A stretch of 64,000 nt of DNA from an uncultured Acidobacteriota bacterium. Lineage in GTDB: Bacteria > Acidobacteriota > Blastocatellia > RBC074. The notes below the pieces were generated by a model that made no database searches, was not told where the DNA came from, and saw only the letters and a program-made list of their open reading frames with translations. Positions 31,337-41,736 of this stretch are shown piece by piece (the stretch's first letter is position 1; each line of letters starts with the position of its first letter). The stretch is taken from the NCBI GenBank assembly GCA_963796275.1, contig CAWCKY010000001.1, positions 736,001 to 800,000 of the forward strand. Reading direction: 5' to 3'. A program made the position numbers and the translations under genes.

Positions 31337-32827
31337 TCAATTTACCTTGCCTCCGCTCCAATCGTCCAAAACCTGCCTGCGTGACGGTCGCTCTGGCGCT
31401 GCCTGGCTGTAACTCGCTTTGCCGCGCTCTTCGCTGCGCGCTACTTTCTTCTGGGCGTGCAGCCCTTCCAGAATCAGCTCACTCGCGGCGATAATGGTCG
31501 ATTTCGCCTCATCTTCCAGGCGGCCGCTCTTGACAGCTTCGAATAATCCTTTGATCTTGCCCAGTTCTTTGATTACATCGTCATCGCCGCTCGTTTCGCT
31601 CATTGTCAGCGTCCTGCCGTGATTGAAATAATCGAGCACCTGTCGGAAATCGATTCCGCTGTAACGTTCGGTGAAGACTTCGCTGCATGCCTTGCGGATC
31701 AGGTCGCGCGCTACCCGCTCGGCTCCCACCTGCTCGCCCTCATATTCGAGCTCGATCTTGCCCGTGATGGAAGGAATTGCGGCATAGATGTCGCTGATGC
31801 GCGGCGCGGCGTTCGGTTCGTTGTTATGCAGGCTGCGCCGCTCGGCATTCGACACCGCGCTCTCCATGACTGTGATGGGTAACCGCTGGCTGACGCCCGA
31901 GCGCTTGTCTATCCGTTTGTCATTGCGCGCGACGAAAGCAATCTGTTCGATCACCTCATTGATCAACGCGGGAATCTTGAACGATATACGCTCATAATAA
32001 GATCCATCGTAGTCCTTGTAGCGATTGGTCCACGATTCCTGTTTGGTGATTTTCATCCCTAAATCGAGAGAAGTCGGATAGTGCGTTTGGATCTCCGAAC
32101 CGATGCGGTCTTTAAGCGGCGTGATTATCTTGCCGCGGGCCGTATAATCTTCGGGGTTGGCGGTGAATACCAGCAGCACGTCCAGGGGCAGCCGCACCGG
32201 ATAACCTTTTATCTGCACGTCGCCTTCCTGCATGATGTTGAAAAGACCGACCTGAATCTTTCCGGCCAGATCAGGCAGTTCGTTGATTCCAAATATTCCG
32301 CGATTAGCGCGCGGCAACAATCCATAATGGATTGTCAGTTCGTCAGAGAGGAGGTGTCCCCCGCGTGCAGCCTTTATCGGGTCGAGGTCGCCGATCATGT
32401 CGGCGATGGTCACATCCGGGGTAGCCAGCTTTTCGACGTAACGTGATTCACGGTTGACCCACGCGATTGGAGCTTGATCGCCTTTTTCGGCGACTAGATG
32501 TTTCCCGAAGGCGCTGATGGGTTCGTATGGATTGTCGTTAAGTTCTGAGCCTTCCAGTGCGGGAATCTCATCATCGAGTAGATTCGTCAGCGCGCGCATG
32601 ATTCGGCTCTTCGCCTGTCCGCGCAGACCAAGCAGGATCATATTGTGCCGGGAGAGCAGCGCATTGACGATTTGCGGGATTACCGAATCTTCATATCCGA
32701 TTACTTTCGGGAAAAGCCCTTCTCCCTTTCTCAGTTTGGTAATCAGGTTATAACGGACTTCGTCTTTTACCGAGCGCCGGTGATAACCGGAACTTTTCAA
32801 CTCACCAAGTGTTCGTGGTTTAGCCAT
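31337..32827 (-). CDS. Mg-chelatase/MoxR-like AAA+ ATPase, partner of the VWA protein
   Basis: GLRGQAKS, GDLDPIK, ANRGIFGINELPDL, TANPEDYT.RG. Confidence 0.88.
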   Translation of the reverse strand: MAKPRTLGELKSSGYHRRSVKDEVRYNLITKLRKGEGLFPKVIGYEDSVIPQIVNALLSRHNMILLGLRGQAKSRIMRALTNLLDDEIPALEGSELNDNPYEPISAFGKHLVAEKGDQAPIAWVNRESRYVEKLATPDVTIADMIGDLDPIKAARGGHLLSDELTIHYGLLPRANRGIFGINELPDLAGKIQVGLFNIMQEGDVQIKGYPVRLPLDVLLVFTANPEDYTARGKIITPLKDRIGSEIQTHYPTSLDLGMKITKQESWTNRYKDYDGSYYERISFKIPALINEVIEQIAFVARNDKRIDKRSGVSQRLPITVMESAVSNAERRSLHNNEPNAAPRISDIYAAIPSITGKIELEYEGEQVGAERVARDLIRKACSEVFTERYSGIDFRQVLDYFNHGRTLTMSETSGDDDVIKELGKIKGLFEAVKSGRLEDEAKSTIIAASELILEGLHAQKKVARSEERGKASYSQAAPERPSRRQVLDDWSGGKVN

Positions 32828-32924
32828 GCCTTAAAAGACCTCAAATGATATTTTCGACGATTGAACTGAAATTGAGTACGGAAAGTCCACGGTTCAATTG
32901 AGATTTGATCTTAACCTTCGATAC

Positions 32925-32957
32925 AAAAAATGAAAAGGGCTGCAATTTTGCAGCCCT
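32925..32957 (-). terminator. Rho-independent terminator
   Basis: AGGGCTGCAA/TTGCAGCCCT stem followed by TTTCATTTTTT on the minus strand, downstream of 33000-33581. Confidence 0.75.
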
Positions 32958-32999
32958 GAAGGATTTCGTATGTTTTAGAGAAAGGTGTATTTAAGCTGA

Positions 33000-33581
33000 C
33001 TATTGATCACGATTCTTGATCAGGGTATAGAGCGCGCCGCCGCCGCCGCCGAGCAGAGCTCCGACACCCGCGCCTTTCCCGCCTCCGATCGCACCACCGA
33101 CGCCCGCGCCGACTGCGGCTGGAGCAGCAATCGTCAATACGGTGTTAAGGGTGGATCTCTTCCTGCGCTGAGCAGGCGCTGATCGATAAACTACTTCACG
33201 GTCACGCTGGATAACTCTGGTAGGTCGCGCAACGCTGGTCACCACTGTTTGCGGCTGGTTCACGCGGTTCTGATATCCATCGGTGTAACCTTCTTTATAC
33301 CCATCGTTGTATCCGGTGCGTTGGGTCGTGACAACCGACGTTGATTCGGAGGATAAGCCGGCGTTGTATCCGTCAGTGTAGCCTGTCTTGAAATCGCTAA
33401 GATAAAACTGCTGGTCATCTTTGGCTGCTGTCAGCGGCGATGGCGCTGGTTGGCTCAGTGCCGCCTTGTTCTCCTCGGCCGCGTTTGTCTTGGGTGTTTC
33501 AGACAATCGTCCAAAGGCGAAACCGCCCAGCAGTAAAGAGCTGGCTATGGTGATTCCGACGATCTTATTTGCCCTGGTCAT
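33000..33581 (-). CDS. Exported glycine-zipper protein with GY-repeat region
   Basis: N-terminal hydrophobic helix; GYxDGY repeats; C-terminal AAVGAGVGGAIGGGKGAGVGALLGGGGG. Confidence 0.7.
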   Translation of the reverse strand: MTRANKIVGITIASSLLLGGFAFGRLSETPKTNAAEENKAALSQPAPSPLTAAKDDQQFYLSDFKTGYTDGYNAGLSSESTSVVTTQRTGYNDGYKEGYTDGYQNRVNQPQTVVTSVARPTRVIQRDREVVYRSAPAQRRKRSTLNTVLTIAAPAAVGAGVGGAIGGGKGAGVGALLGGGGGALYTLIKNRDQ

Positions 33582-33696
33582 TTCTTATTTCCTCACTTTC
33601 CTACTTTGCTTTTCCTGCTTCAGGTGAATCTGGAATATCCCGATAATTCCGAGGGTGATTATACCAATTGATAACCGTATCAAAAGCAATTGCTAT

Positions 33697-33712
33697 GGCA
33701 AATGCAATGCCG
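33697..33712 (-). promoter_or_regulatory. Possible sigma-54 promoter for the glycine-zipper gene
   Basis: Minus strand CGGCATTGCATTTGCC (GG-N10-GC), about 115 bp upstream of the start. Confidence 0.45.
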
Positions 33713-33995
33713 TTAAAGATTAATTACCAATTAGCATGCAAGTTTCATTGTTTGCAGAAAATTCGAGATGAAATCGAGTTAAGGTTGAAGAATGCACGGC
33801 CCGACAATCTACGATATAGGGTAAGCAGCCGAGAAAAATGCACGAAACGGTTGAAATGATATGAAACCTTTTTTGTCGTAATCTCACCAACCTTGCGACA
33901 TACCATCATCGGTAAAACAAACGCGGACAGAATTCATTGCGGTATTGCGGCGCGGAAGGCGGTGAATTTTGTCCCAAATCGCGAGGAGAGAAGAA

Positions 33996-34826
33996 ATGTT
34001 TAAAAGTACCCGGATCGAATCACTGATATTGTTGATGGCGTTCACATGTCTGGTCACCCCATCTGCTTTCGCTCAACGGGAACGGCTTGAGCGCGATGCC
34101 AAAGAGCTAGCTTGCAATGAAAATGGGGGCAGGGGACGCCCGCAAAATTGTATTATCAAAGAACTGAATATCCCAGCCAGCGGCGGCGCCCTGACTGTCG
34201 ATGGGAAGAAAAACGGTGGCGTCTCCGTCAAAGGTTGGAATCGGGCCGAGATTTTCGTGCGAGCGAAAGTTCAAACCTGGGGCGAGACCGATGCAGAAGC
34301 ACAAGCTCTGACAGGACTGATTCACATCGAGACAGGCGGCGGGCGAATTCATGCTGAGGGCCCTGCGACGAGCAGTGAACGGGGCTGGTCGGTCAGTTTT
34401 GAAGTCTTCGTACCTCACAACTCAAATTTGAACATCAAAACCCATAATGGTGGGGTGGGTATCGCAGACGTACGCGGTCAGATTGAGTTTGACGCTCTCA
34501 ACGGCGGTGTCTCGTTGAGACGGCTTGCGGGAAGCGTCAAGGGGCATACGGTCAACGGTGGGCTTTCGATCGAATTGACAGGTAATCGCTGGGATGGTGA
34601 TGGGTTGAACGTCAAGACGACGAATGGCGGAGTGAGCATGACCATACCCGAGGACTATTCAGCGCGGCTCGAGACGAGTACAGTGAACGGCGGTCTGAAA
34701 ATAGATTTCCCGATTACGGTGCAGGGCAAAATCGACCGTGAAATTTCGACCGATCTGGGCTCGGGTGGCACGATGATTCGTGCGACGACGACCAATGGCG
34801 GAGTTACGATAAAGCGTAAAGCGTAA
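33996..34826 (+). CDS. DUF4097 / putative adhesin beta-strand repeat protein
   Basis: Signal peptide; repeated (T/V)NGG(V/L) motifs. Confidence 0.85.
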   Translation: MFKSTRIESLILLMAFTCLVTPSAFAQRERLERDAKELACNENGGRGRPQNCIIKELNIPASGGALTVDGKKNGGVSVKGWNRAEIFVRAKVQTWGETDAEAQALTGLIHIETGGGRIHAEGPATSSERGWSVSFEVFVPHNSNLNIKTHNGGVGIADVRGQIEFDALNGGVSLRRLAGSVKGHTVNGGLSIELTGNRWDGDGLNVKTTNGGVSMTIPEDYSARLETSTVNGGLKIDFPITVQGKIDREISTDLGSGGTMIRATTTNGGVTIKRKA

Positions 34827-34852
34827 TCCTTATCTACTTTAAAGAGCAAAGG

Positions 34853-34893
34853 AATGGGAGGAATTGTTATTGAACTTTCCCTCCCATTTTTTT
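34853..34893 (+). terminator. Probable terminator between convergent genes
   Basis: AATGGGAGG/CCTCCCATT stem followed by a T-tract. Confidence 0.55.
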
Positions 34894-34914
34894 ATCTTCT
34901 GAATTTCGCGAGGT

Positions 34915-35760
34915 TCAATTAATCTGTATTCCCGTTCCCGTATTTCGATGTGTCGAGAGACGGCGGATCGCGCGCTGTCGCATTTTCGGATTGGGGTCGT
35001 TTTTTGCGATAGACATCAGTTTGTCTGTCGCTTTGCGGTTCTCAGTGCGCGCGATTCCTCCAATGATCTCTTCCTTTACTGATTCGATGGTCGCGTTATC
35101 GTAAAGTTCTATCAAAACATCCAGGCTTTCCGTCGTTCTCACGCGCGCGAGGTTCGAGACCGCCGATCGCTGAAGTTCGGGGCTCGTCTCTTTTGTGGCA
35201 ATCTCTTTGAGCAGGGGAATAACGCGCGGATTATCGTGTACCGCAATCGCCCGCAGCGCGTTTTTGGGAAGGTCCTTGCCGTCTTTTTCGGCTCGCATAA
35301 CACTTTCCAGCATGGATATGCTCTGAGCCCCATCCACATTGCCGAGCCAGTAGATCGGGCGATCTTCGAACACGTACGGTTCGCTCATATTAAGTGTTTT
35401 GATGCTTTTGAATTTCGGCTCAGGGCCGGTCGCGTCCGTGAGCATGAAGACCGCGGCCTCTGCCGGATCATCGCGGCGCTCGAGCCTGATCCCATTATCG
35501 TAATAGATCATCCCGTTAAACGGCCCGTATGACACTCCTTCACGCGCCGGGAAGTGATAAGCGATCCAGAGAGTCTCGCCCCGGTCGGCATTCTTGAACT
35601 GTTTGAATGCGCGGTCAATCCTTTCATCCAAATTCCCACCGTCAACTTTGATAAAATCGGCTTTGGTGTACGTGCGCTTCGCCTGCTGCTGGCCAAATGT
35701 AATACACAGGAGGAGCATCGACCAGGAAATGATAAAAACTATGCGCAAATTGTAAGACAT
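34915..35760 (-). CDS. Secreted HEAT-repeat protein
   Basis: AGGAGG RBS, signal peptide, HEAT/PBS-like repeats (e.g. KLMSIAKNDPNPKMRQRAI). Confidence 0.8.
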   Translation of the reverse strand: MSYNLRIVFIISWSMLLLCITFGQQQAKRTYTKADFIKVDGGNLDERIDRAFKQFKNADRGETLWIAYHFPAREGVSYGPFNGMIYYDNGIRLERRDDPAEAAVFMLTDATGPEPKFKSIKTLNMSEPYVFEDRPIYWLGNVDGAQSISMLESVMRAEKDGKDLPKNALRAIAVHDNPRVIPLLKEIATKETSPELQRSAVSNLARVRTTESLDVLIELYDNATIESVKEEIIGGIARTENRKATDKLMSIAKNDPNPKMRQRAIRRLSTHRNTGTGIQIN

Positions 35761-35874
35761 AGGGGCCTCCTTCTTGACTGATCGAAGATTCAAAGAATCA
35801 AAAATTTTCAAAAAAAAACAAAAGACAAAATCATTGCTTTTTGCCTTTTGTTTTTTTATGTCGCGTTTGGTGAT

Positions 35875-38800
35875 TCAGTCCACCGGCTTGACCGGCTTAA
35901 CTTTCGTCGGCGCCTTCTGCGCAATGCTAATGGCCTTAGCACGTGCAGGTTTTGGTTGCGCCGTTCTAAATTTCTGATAATGCCCCTCGAGCGTGTTCAG
36001 CATCTGGCGACTAGCATCGATCTTCGGATGCGACTCACCAAGCTGCAAGCTCAGTGATTTGATCTGATTTCCGACCTGGATCACCTGATGGCGCAGTTGC
36101 TGCTCGATTAAACTTCGTTGCTCGATCGTTCTACCGAGCTCGATCTCGTTTTCGAGTTCTCTCAACCGTAATTCGATCTTGGGCAGCTCGAACTGCAATT
36201 TGTCGAGATTCTCTATCTGGAGCTTTTCCAGAAGCTCATTTATGCTCTCCTGATTCTCCAACATCATCTTCTGAGTTTTCTTCCGTATCTCCTTCGTCTT
36301 CTCCTGCAGCTTAGAATCTTTCTCCTCCAAAGATTTATTCTTCCAGACCTCTATCTCCATCGGAAATTCAAAATTGAACTCAGTGCCCCTGCGGCTTACC
36401 TTCGGCCGCGCCTTCTCGACGAACTCAAGATATAGGCGTTCATCGACGCCATATAGAGTCCGGATTGCGGCCTGGCGAATCGTGGGATCCGGATCGTTCT
36501 TCGCGATCAGAATCAATTTATCTATCGCTTTTCGGCTTTTGTTGGCTCCCAGGCTGCGGATGGCAGTGTGCTTCATCTTCGCATCCTGCAGGCCGTTGTA
36601 AATCTCGATCAGGTTATTTGCCCCGTCATCGCCTTTTACCGCGCTGAGATAACGGATCGCCTTGCCGCGCAACTCTTCGTTGGTCTCCGACTTCGCTATC
36701 TTCACCAGCTTCGCCGTAGCTTTGCCGTTATCGGCGTTGCGCCGTAGCAGGTAACCGATGATCTCACTTCTGATCTTCACATCGTTGATTCCATCGTAGA
36801 GGTCGATGAGCGCGTTAATTGCCGCATCGCTGCGCATCCGGTAAATGCCCTGGAGCGCTTCGGTGCGCACGGTGGCATCGGAATCGCGCTTGATGATATC
36901 GGTCAGTACCGCGAGCAGTTCGCTTTCGGGAATCGTCGGCTTCTTGTTTTTGTCATCCTGACCCCATGGTGAAATTATCATCGGCGCTCCGAAACTAAAG
37001 GCCTTTCTGGGAGCCGGAACAGGCGCTGGAACGGGATGAGGTGCAGGTTCCGGCCTGACAGCCTTTGCCGGAGGAGCAACCGGGGCAATCGGGGCTACCG
37101 GGGCAATGGGGGTAATCGGAGCTATCGGAGCACCCGGGACAGCCGGGGGAACTTGAGCAACCGGAGCAATTGGAGCGACTGGAGCACCAGGGGCAGCCGG
37201 GGGAACTTGAGCAACCGGAGCGACTGGAGCGACTGGAGCACCAGGGGCAGCCGGAGCAGCTGGGGGAACCGGATCTTGCAGTAGCCGCTCGTAATCCATA
37301 TCTGCTCGGGCTCCGGTGAGTATGCCGAATTGTAAATTTGGATGGGTTAGCATCGCCGGTACGGCTGCCACAGCCGGAATCGCGGGAGTCGCGAAGAGGT
37401 CTTCATCAAATTCCCAGACATCGACCTCGGGCGCAATCGGTGCCAGAGGCGGCAATTCTATCTGACCTATTGACTCCATTTGTTCAAGGACTCGAAGATC
37501 GACGCGCGGTGCTTGAGAGGTCGATGCCGGCGCAACAATTACCGTCTGCGGTTGAGCGGTCGTTGTCGCTTTCCCTTTCTCCCGTTCCGCGCGATCCTGA
37601 ATCAGGGGGACGGCGATTACCGGGGAGATCAGGCTGCACAGGCCACCCAGCGTCAAAGCCAGTCCGATGGCGTATACCATGGCCGGTTTCGAAACGGCAG
37701 TCGTTGCGTTGCGGTCACGATTGAGAATCATTTCTACCCTCCTTGAAATCACGTGTTTTCCGAAAATGATACCGGCGGCGGCAGCAAACGTTTTGCTTTC
37801 GCTCAACAACTCAACCAATTTGGTCAAACAACATGCATAACGGCGAGGCTCGCATGTTTTGACGGCCCAGTCGTCGCAAGCCAGCTCCCGCTCGATCATC
37901 AGCTGTTTTCCGATAAACCAGACCGCCGGATGAAAGAAGAAAAGCGCCTGTACGAGCCGCTGCATCAAATTGGTCAGATAATCCCAGCGTTTTATGTGCG
38001 CCAGTTCGTGGGCGATGACGCTCTCGTATTCAGCAATGGTGAAGTTATGCGCCAGATCGGGAGGTAACACTATCACCGGTCTAAACGATCCGATCGTCAT
38101 CGGCACCGAAACCAGACGCGAAGTGAACACGCGAACGCGCCTTCTGATTCCGAATATCTCGGCCAGGCGTTGCACTCGCACACGCTGCTCGGAAGGGACG
38201 AATCCGAAACGGCGGCGCAGCCGTAAGAGCGATAGATAGCTGCGCGCAATCCTTCCCATCATTAAGATACAGACAGCCAACCATACGCAGACGATCGCCA
38301 GGGGGAGATGCCCGCTGAATAAGCTGGCTTCCCAATACTGCATCCGCTTCCGGATCGGGCGCGCTTCCGCTCTTTGAGCAATTGCCGGCTGCGTTTCGGT
38401 AGCGGTAGCGGTTTTTGTCGATTCAGGAATTGTGGCGATCTTCGATGAATCTTCTATCTGATTGGTAGGATTGAAAACGGTCGCCCGATCGGTTCGTGCT
38501 CGCCAGGCGCCGGCCCGAGCTTGAACTATCGGTGAGGCCGCGAAAATCGTCTCCTCGATCAGCAATGGCCTGGCAGCCGGAGTAAACGTAGGTTCCGCCG
38601 CCAGCGACTCGCCGGACGGCGACTCCTTTATATCCGGTTTTTGCTCTTGTGTTATCGGATCTGTGCGTGAGAGCGGTGAGAGAAGGACGATCGCCGGCAG
38701 GGCCCCGATACTGAACAGACAGACGAGCCAGACTGCATGGCGAGTGGTCGCGCTGACCCGCTTGAGGAAACGCAACAGAAGCCAGACCAACGCAGTGATT

Positions 38801-38880
38801 ATCGCACCCTGCCATAAACTATTGAGCAATGCCTCGAGCAGCGGGCGCGAGAGCGAATCGAAAAAAAACATTTCACCCAT
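35875..38880 (-). CDS. BlaR1/M56 peptidase with Pro-rich linker and HEAT-repeat sensor domain
   Basis: NSLWQG; HELAHIKRWD; HPAVW; ERELACD; PAAP repeats; C-terminal HEAT repeats and coiled coil. Confidence 0.92.
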   Translation of the reverse strand: MGEMFFFDSLSRPLLEALLNSLWQGAIITALVWLLLRFLKRVSATTRHAVWLVCLFSIGALPAIVLLSPLSRTDPITQEQKPDIKESPSGESLAAEPTFTPAARPLLIEETIFAASPIVQARAGAWRARTDRATVFNPTNQIEDSSKIATIPESTKTATATETQPAIAQRAEARPIRKRMQYWEASLFSGHLPLAIVCVWLAVCILMMGRIARSYLSLLRLRRRFGFVPSEQRVRVQRLAEIFGIRRRVRVFTSRLVSVPMTIGSFRPVIVLPPDLAHNFTIAEYESVIAHELAHIKRWDYLTNLMQRLVQALFFFHPAVWFIGKQLMIERELACDDWAVKTCEPRRYACCLTKLVELLSESKTFAAAAGIIFGKHVISRRVEMILNRDRNATTAVSKPAMVYAIGLALTLGGLCSLISPVIAVPLIQDRAEREKGKATTTAQPQTVIVAPASTSQAPRVDLRVLEQMESIGQIELPPLAPIAPEVDVWEFDEDLFATPAIPAVAAVPAMLTHPNLQFGILTGARADMDYERLLQDPVPPAAPAAPGAPVAPVAPVAQVPPAAPGAPVAPIAPVAQVPPAVPGAPIAPITPIAPVAPIAPVAPPAKAVRPEPAPHPVPAPVPAPRKAFSFGAPMIISPWGQDDKNKKPTIPESELLAVLTDIIKRDSDATVRTEALQGIYRMRSDAAINALIDLYDGINDVKIRSEIIGYLLRRNADNGKATAKLVKIAKSETNEELRGKAIRYLSAVKGDDGANNLIEIYNGLQDAKMKHTAIRSLGANKSRKAIDKLILIAKNDPDPTIRQAAIRTLYGVDERLYLEFVEKARPKVSRRGTEFNFEFPMEIEVWKNKSLEEKDSKLQEKTKEIRKKTQKMMLENQESINELLEKLQIENLDKLQFELPKIELRLRELENEIELGRTIEQRSLIEQQLRHQVIQVGNQIKSLSLQLGESHPKIDASRQMLNTLEGHYQKFRTAQPKPARAKAISIAQKAPTKVKPVKPVD
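37015..37270 (-). repeat. Coding Pro/Ala-rich repeat (9-bp subunits, 54-bp period) in the M56 gene
   Basis: AGCCGGGGGAACTTGAGCAACCGGAGC occurs at both 37141 and 37195. Confidence 0.8.
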
Positions 38881-38905
38881 CTTCTCTCCTCTTTCACGGG
38901 GGTCG

Positions 38906-39280
38906 TCATTTCTCTTTTTCGATCATTTGTCTGAGTCGTTTGACTTCGTCGGGATCGACGTCTTCGGATTCCAGCAAGTTAACTACGAGCAACTCCGGCG
39001 AATTGTTGAAAAAACGTTTGAGCAAATACCCTATTACACTCCGCTGCGCCTGTTGTCGGTCCACCAGCGGGAGATAGACGAAGGCCCGCCCCTCCTTCTC
39101 GTGTGTGACATATCCTTTCTGCTCGAGGATCCGCATCATCGTCAGCACGGAACTATAGGCCAACCGCTCCTCCGGCAGTGCCTCCACAATATCCGAAACC
39201 GTACCCTTGCCTTTCTTCCAGAGCACTTCCATCAGTTCAAGTTCGACCTCTGTAAGTGTTGGTGATTTCCGGCGTGCCAA
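38906..39280 (-). CDS. BlaI/MecI/CopY family repressor
   Basis: LTEVELELMEVLW, AYSSVLTMMRILEQKGYV, GRAFVY; GGAGG RBS with TTG start. Confidence 0.93.
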   Translation of the reverse strand: MARRKSPTLTEVELELMEVLWKKGKGTVSDIVEALPEERLAYSSVLTMMRILEQKGYVTHEKEGRAFVYLPLVDRQQAQRSVIGYLLKRFFNNSPELLVVNLLESEDVDPDEVKRLRQMIEKEK

Positions 39281-39434
39281 ATTTTCACCTCCTCATCCGT
39301 AATGTTCCTCTGCTCAGATGCTCGCTCTTGATCGGAAATTGAAACCTTAAAACCGGAATCCCTTTCCATCTTTACAATTTGCCTCTGCATCTGAAGTCAA
39401 AATCTTTACCGGCAGGTCTGGACAACCCGCTGTA

Positions 39435-39514
39435 AATAGTTCGTTTACCTAACTATTAAATAATTCGTGCAAAGCCTAAACGATCGCCTGCGATCTGTCA
39501 ACTAAAAAATTAGT
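39435..39514. promoter_or_regulatory. Candidate BlaI-family operator palindromes
   Basis: AATAGTT-N9-AACTATT (39435-39457) and ACTAA-N4-TTAGT (39501-39514) upstream of the repressor gene. Confidence 0.4.
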
Positions 39515-39689
39515 AGTATATGGAAATAATACTGGAAGAAATTAACTCATTGCATTTCATCGAGTTTCTTGTGCAATGGTATAATAATTACTGCATTGGC
39601 TCCAGACGCAACGAATTAAGAAGCTACACTTAATGCGTGAGTAAATTCAAAAGCGGTTCAAAGTGAGAGTATTAGTGTAATGAGACGTG

Positions 39690-39705
39690 TGGTCTGCAAG
39701 TTGCC
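39690..39705 (+). promoter_or_regulatory. Possible sigma-54 promoter for the kinase/NtrC-like operon
   Basis: TGGTCTGCAAGTTGCC (GG-N10-GC with TTGC). Confidence 0.4.
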
Positions 39706-39843
39706 CACTCAAGCCCGATGAAGTGGCGGGGATGCAGCCATAACGTAAGTTCAGTGAACTCCCTGTTCCAACTATTTATCTTACCGGTTAAGGAACGCGA
39801 TTCGAGTCTGGAGAATGTATTGGAGAAGGTAAGGACGGCGTCG

Positions 39844-41682
39844 ATGACCACTCCCCTTGAGAAAAAGCTTTTTATTTATCTTGGTGTAATCCTTATCGTC
39901 CTGATCATTCAAGTCTCATTGGTATATCAGGGCGAGCGGAATCTTGATTCATCCACAGACCGGAGCATGTTGTCGGACCTGGCTGCCGCGGTTGCTGTCA
40001 TCGGCATCCTTGGGGCATCGGCACTACTGGTGCTGACCGCTGGGCGGACGCGGCGCGAGATAGCCCGGCAAGTGGAACGGGACGAGCAGCTGTATGAAAG
40101 CGAAGAGCGTTTCCGTCAGATCGCAGAAAATATCGATGCCGTCCTCTGGGTAAGAAACGTGCGAAGCGGCCGGCTCGAGTTCGTCAGCTCGGGGATCGAC
40201 CGGCTATGGGGAATCAGCCACGATACACTGACGAATAAACATGGATTCTGGTCCGCATATATTCACCCGGACGACCGCGCATTTATCAACGAGTCTGAAA
40301 CGGAGAAATTCTCCGACACGTTAGATCGGGAGTATCGGATCATCACGCCTGATGGAAGAATACGGTGGGTAAGGGATCGCGTTTTCCCGGTCAAAGACAA
40401 ATATGGTAGTGTGCAGCGTCTGGTCGGTTTAACCACCGATACGACGGATCGGAAACAGGCGGAAGAGCTCAAGGCTAACCTGCTGGCGCGTGAACAGGCT
40501 GCCCGTGCGCAGGCTGAGGCGGCCAATCAAACAAAAGACGAATTTTTGGCGATCGTCTCACACGAGCTGCGATCTCCACTCAATGCCATGCTCGGATGGG
40601 CCCGCGTGCTGCGTAACGGAGGCGTCGACGAGGAGACTCAGGACCACGCGGTCAAAGTGATCGAGCATAGCGCTGAGATGCAATCCAGATTGATCGAAGA
40701 CCTGATTGATTCGGCGCGCATCGCCAGCGGTCAACTTCGGATAGAATCCAGACCCGTCAACCTCAACCCCGTCATCCAATCAGCTGTCGACACCGTACAC
40801 CCCGCGGCTGAGAGTAAGGGTGTCGAGATCCAAACCGATCTCGACATGCAGGCGGGTATCATCACGGGCGATGCGGAGAGAATGCAGCAGATCATTTGGA
40901 ATGTGCTCTCAAATGCAGTGAAGTTCACTCCTAAGGGGGGGCGTGTGGAGGCAAAGTTGAGCCGGCAAGATCCTTGGGTGATGATGACCTTCAGAGACAC
41001 GGGCCGGGGGATCAAGGCTTCCGATATACCTTTCATATTCGACCGCTTTCGACAGGCGGACAGCCCGACAACGCGGCGCGCGGGCGGGCTGGGACTCGGT
41101 TTATCGCTGGTTAAGAATTTAGTCGAGCTGCACGGGGGCAGAATAACCGCCGAGAGCGCAGGCGAGGGCAAGGGAGCGACATTTACGATCAAGCTGCCGC
41201 TCCGCGCCGTCAGTGGAGCTGAGCCTCCCAAGCCCCTCGGTCTCATAGATGTCCCCGGGCGTTTGAGCTTTTTGCCGGTGCTCGATGGGCTCAGCATCCT
41301 TACGGTGGATGATGAATCACAGGCGCGCGAGCTGGTCGCGACGCTCCTATGCAAATACGGAGCTCTGGTGACTCCGGTCTCATCGTGCGCTGAAGCGATA
41401 GAGGTCTTGACCAGCAATCAAGAGAATTTCGATTTGATCGTTTCAGATATTGGTATGCCTGAAGAAAATGGATACACTTTGATACGCCGCATAAGAAAGT
41501 TGCCTGACCCGATTGGAAAAATTCCTGCGGTTGCATTGACTGCTTTTGGCCGTGTCGAAGATCGCATCAGCGCTTTGGAGGCGGGATTTCAGATGCACGT
41601 GCCAAAACCGGTCGAGCCGACCGAACTAATGATGGTCATCGCCAGTCTGACAGGGCGGTCAGTGAGGTTGCCGGTTGAATAA
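39844..41682 (+). CDS. Hybrid sensor histidine kinase (2 TM, PAS, HisKA, HATPase, REC)
   Basis: HPDD PAS motif, SHELRSPL, NAVKFT, DTGRGI, GLGLGL, SDIGMP. Confidence 0.93.
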   Translation: MTTPLEKKLFIYLGVILIVLIIQVSLVYQGERNLDSSTDRSMLSDLAAAVAVIGILGASALLVLTAGRTRREIARQVERDEQLYESEERFRQIAENIDAVLWVRNVRSGRLEFVSSGIDRLWGISHDTLTNKHGFWSAYIHPDDRAFINESETEKFSDTLDREYRIITPDGRIRWVRDRVFPVKDKYGSVQRLVGLTTDTTDRKQAEELKANLLAREQAARAQAEAANQTKDEFLAIVSHELRSPLNAMLGWARVLRNGGVDEETQDHAVKVIEHSAEMQSRLIEDLIDSARIASGQLRIESRPVNLNPVIQSAVDTVHPAAESKGVEIQTDLDMQAGIITGDAERMQQIIWNVLSNAVKFTPKGGRVEAKLSRQDPWVMMTFRDTGRGIKASDIPFIFDRFRQADSPTTRRAGGLGLGLSLVKNLVELHGGRITAESAGEGKGATFTIKLPLRAVSGAEPPKPLGLIDVPGRLSFLPVLDGLSILTVDDESQARELVATLLCKYGALVTPVSSCAEAIEVLTSNQENFDLIVSDIGMPEENGYTLIRRIRKLPDPIGKIPAVALTAFGRVEDRISALEAGFQMHVPKPVEPTELMMVIASLTGRSVRLPVE

Positions 41683-41736
41683 GATGCTCCTTGGTGGGAA
41701 GGATATCTCCAGCAAGCTGCCTCTTGGTTAGGGGAG

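Noticed and set aside
31175-31442. Diversity-generating retroelement TR/VR pair
   Set aside because: Differences are not adenine-specific on either strand (G/A, C/T, C/G, A/C), there is an indel, and no reverse transcriptase is present in the window
39300-39430. c-di-GMP-I riboswitch in the leader of the BlaI-family gene
   Set aside because: GGCAAA and GAAA are present on the minus strand, but the paired stems and the GACGCAAAGC-like element cannot be formed
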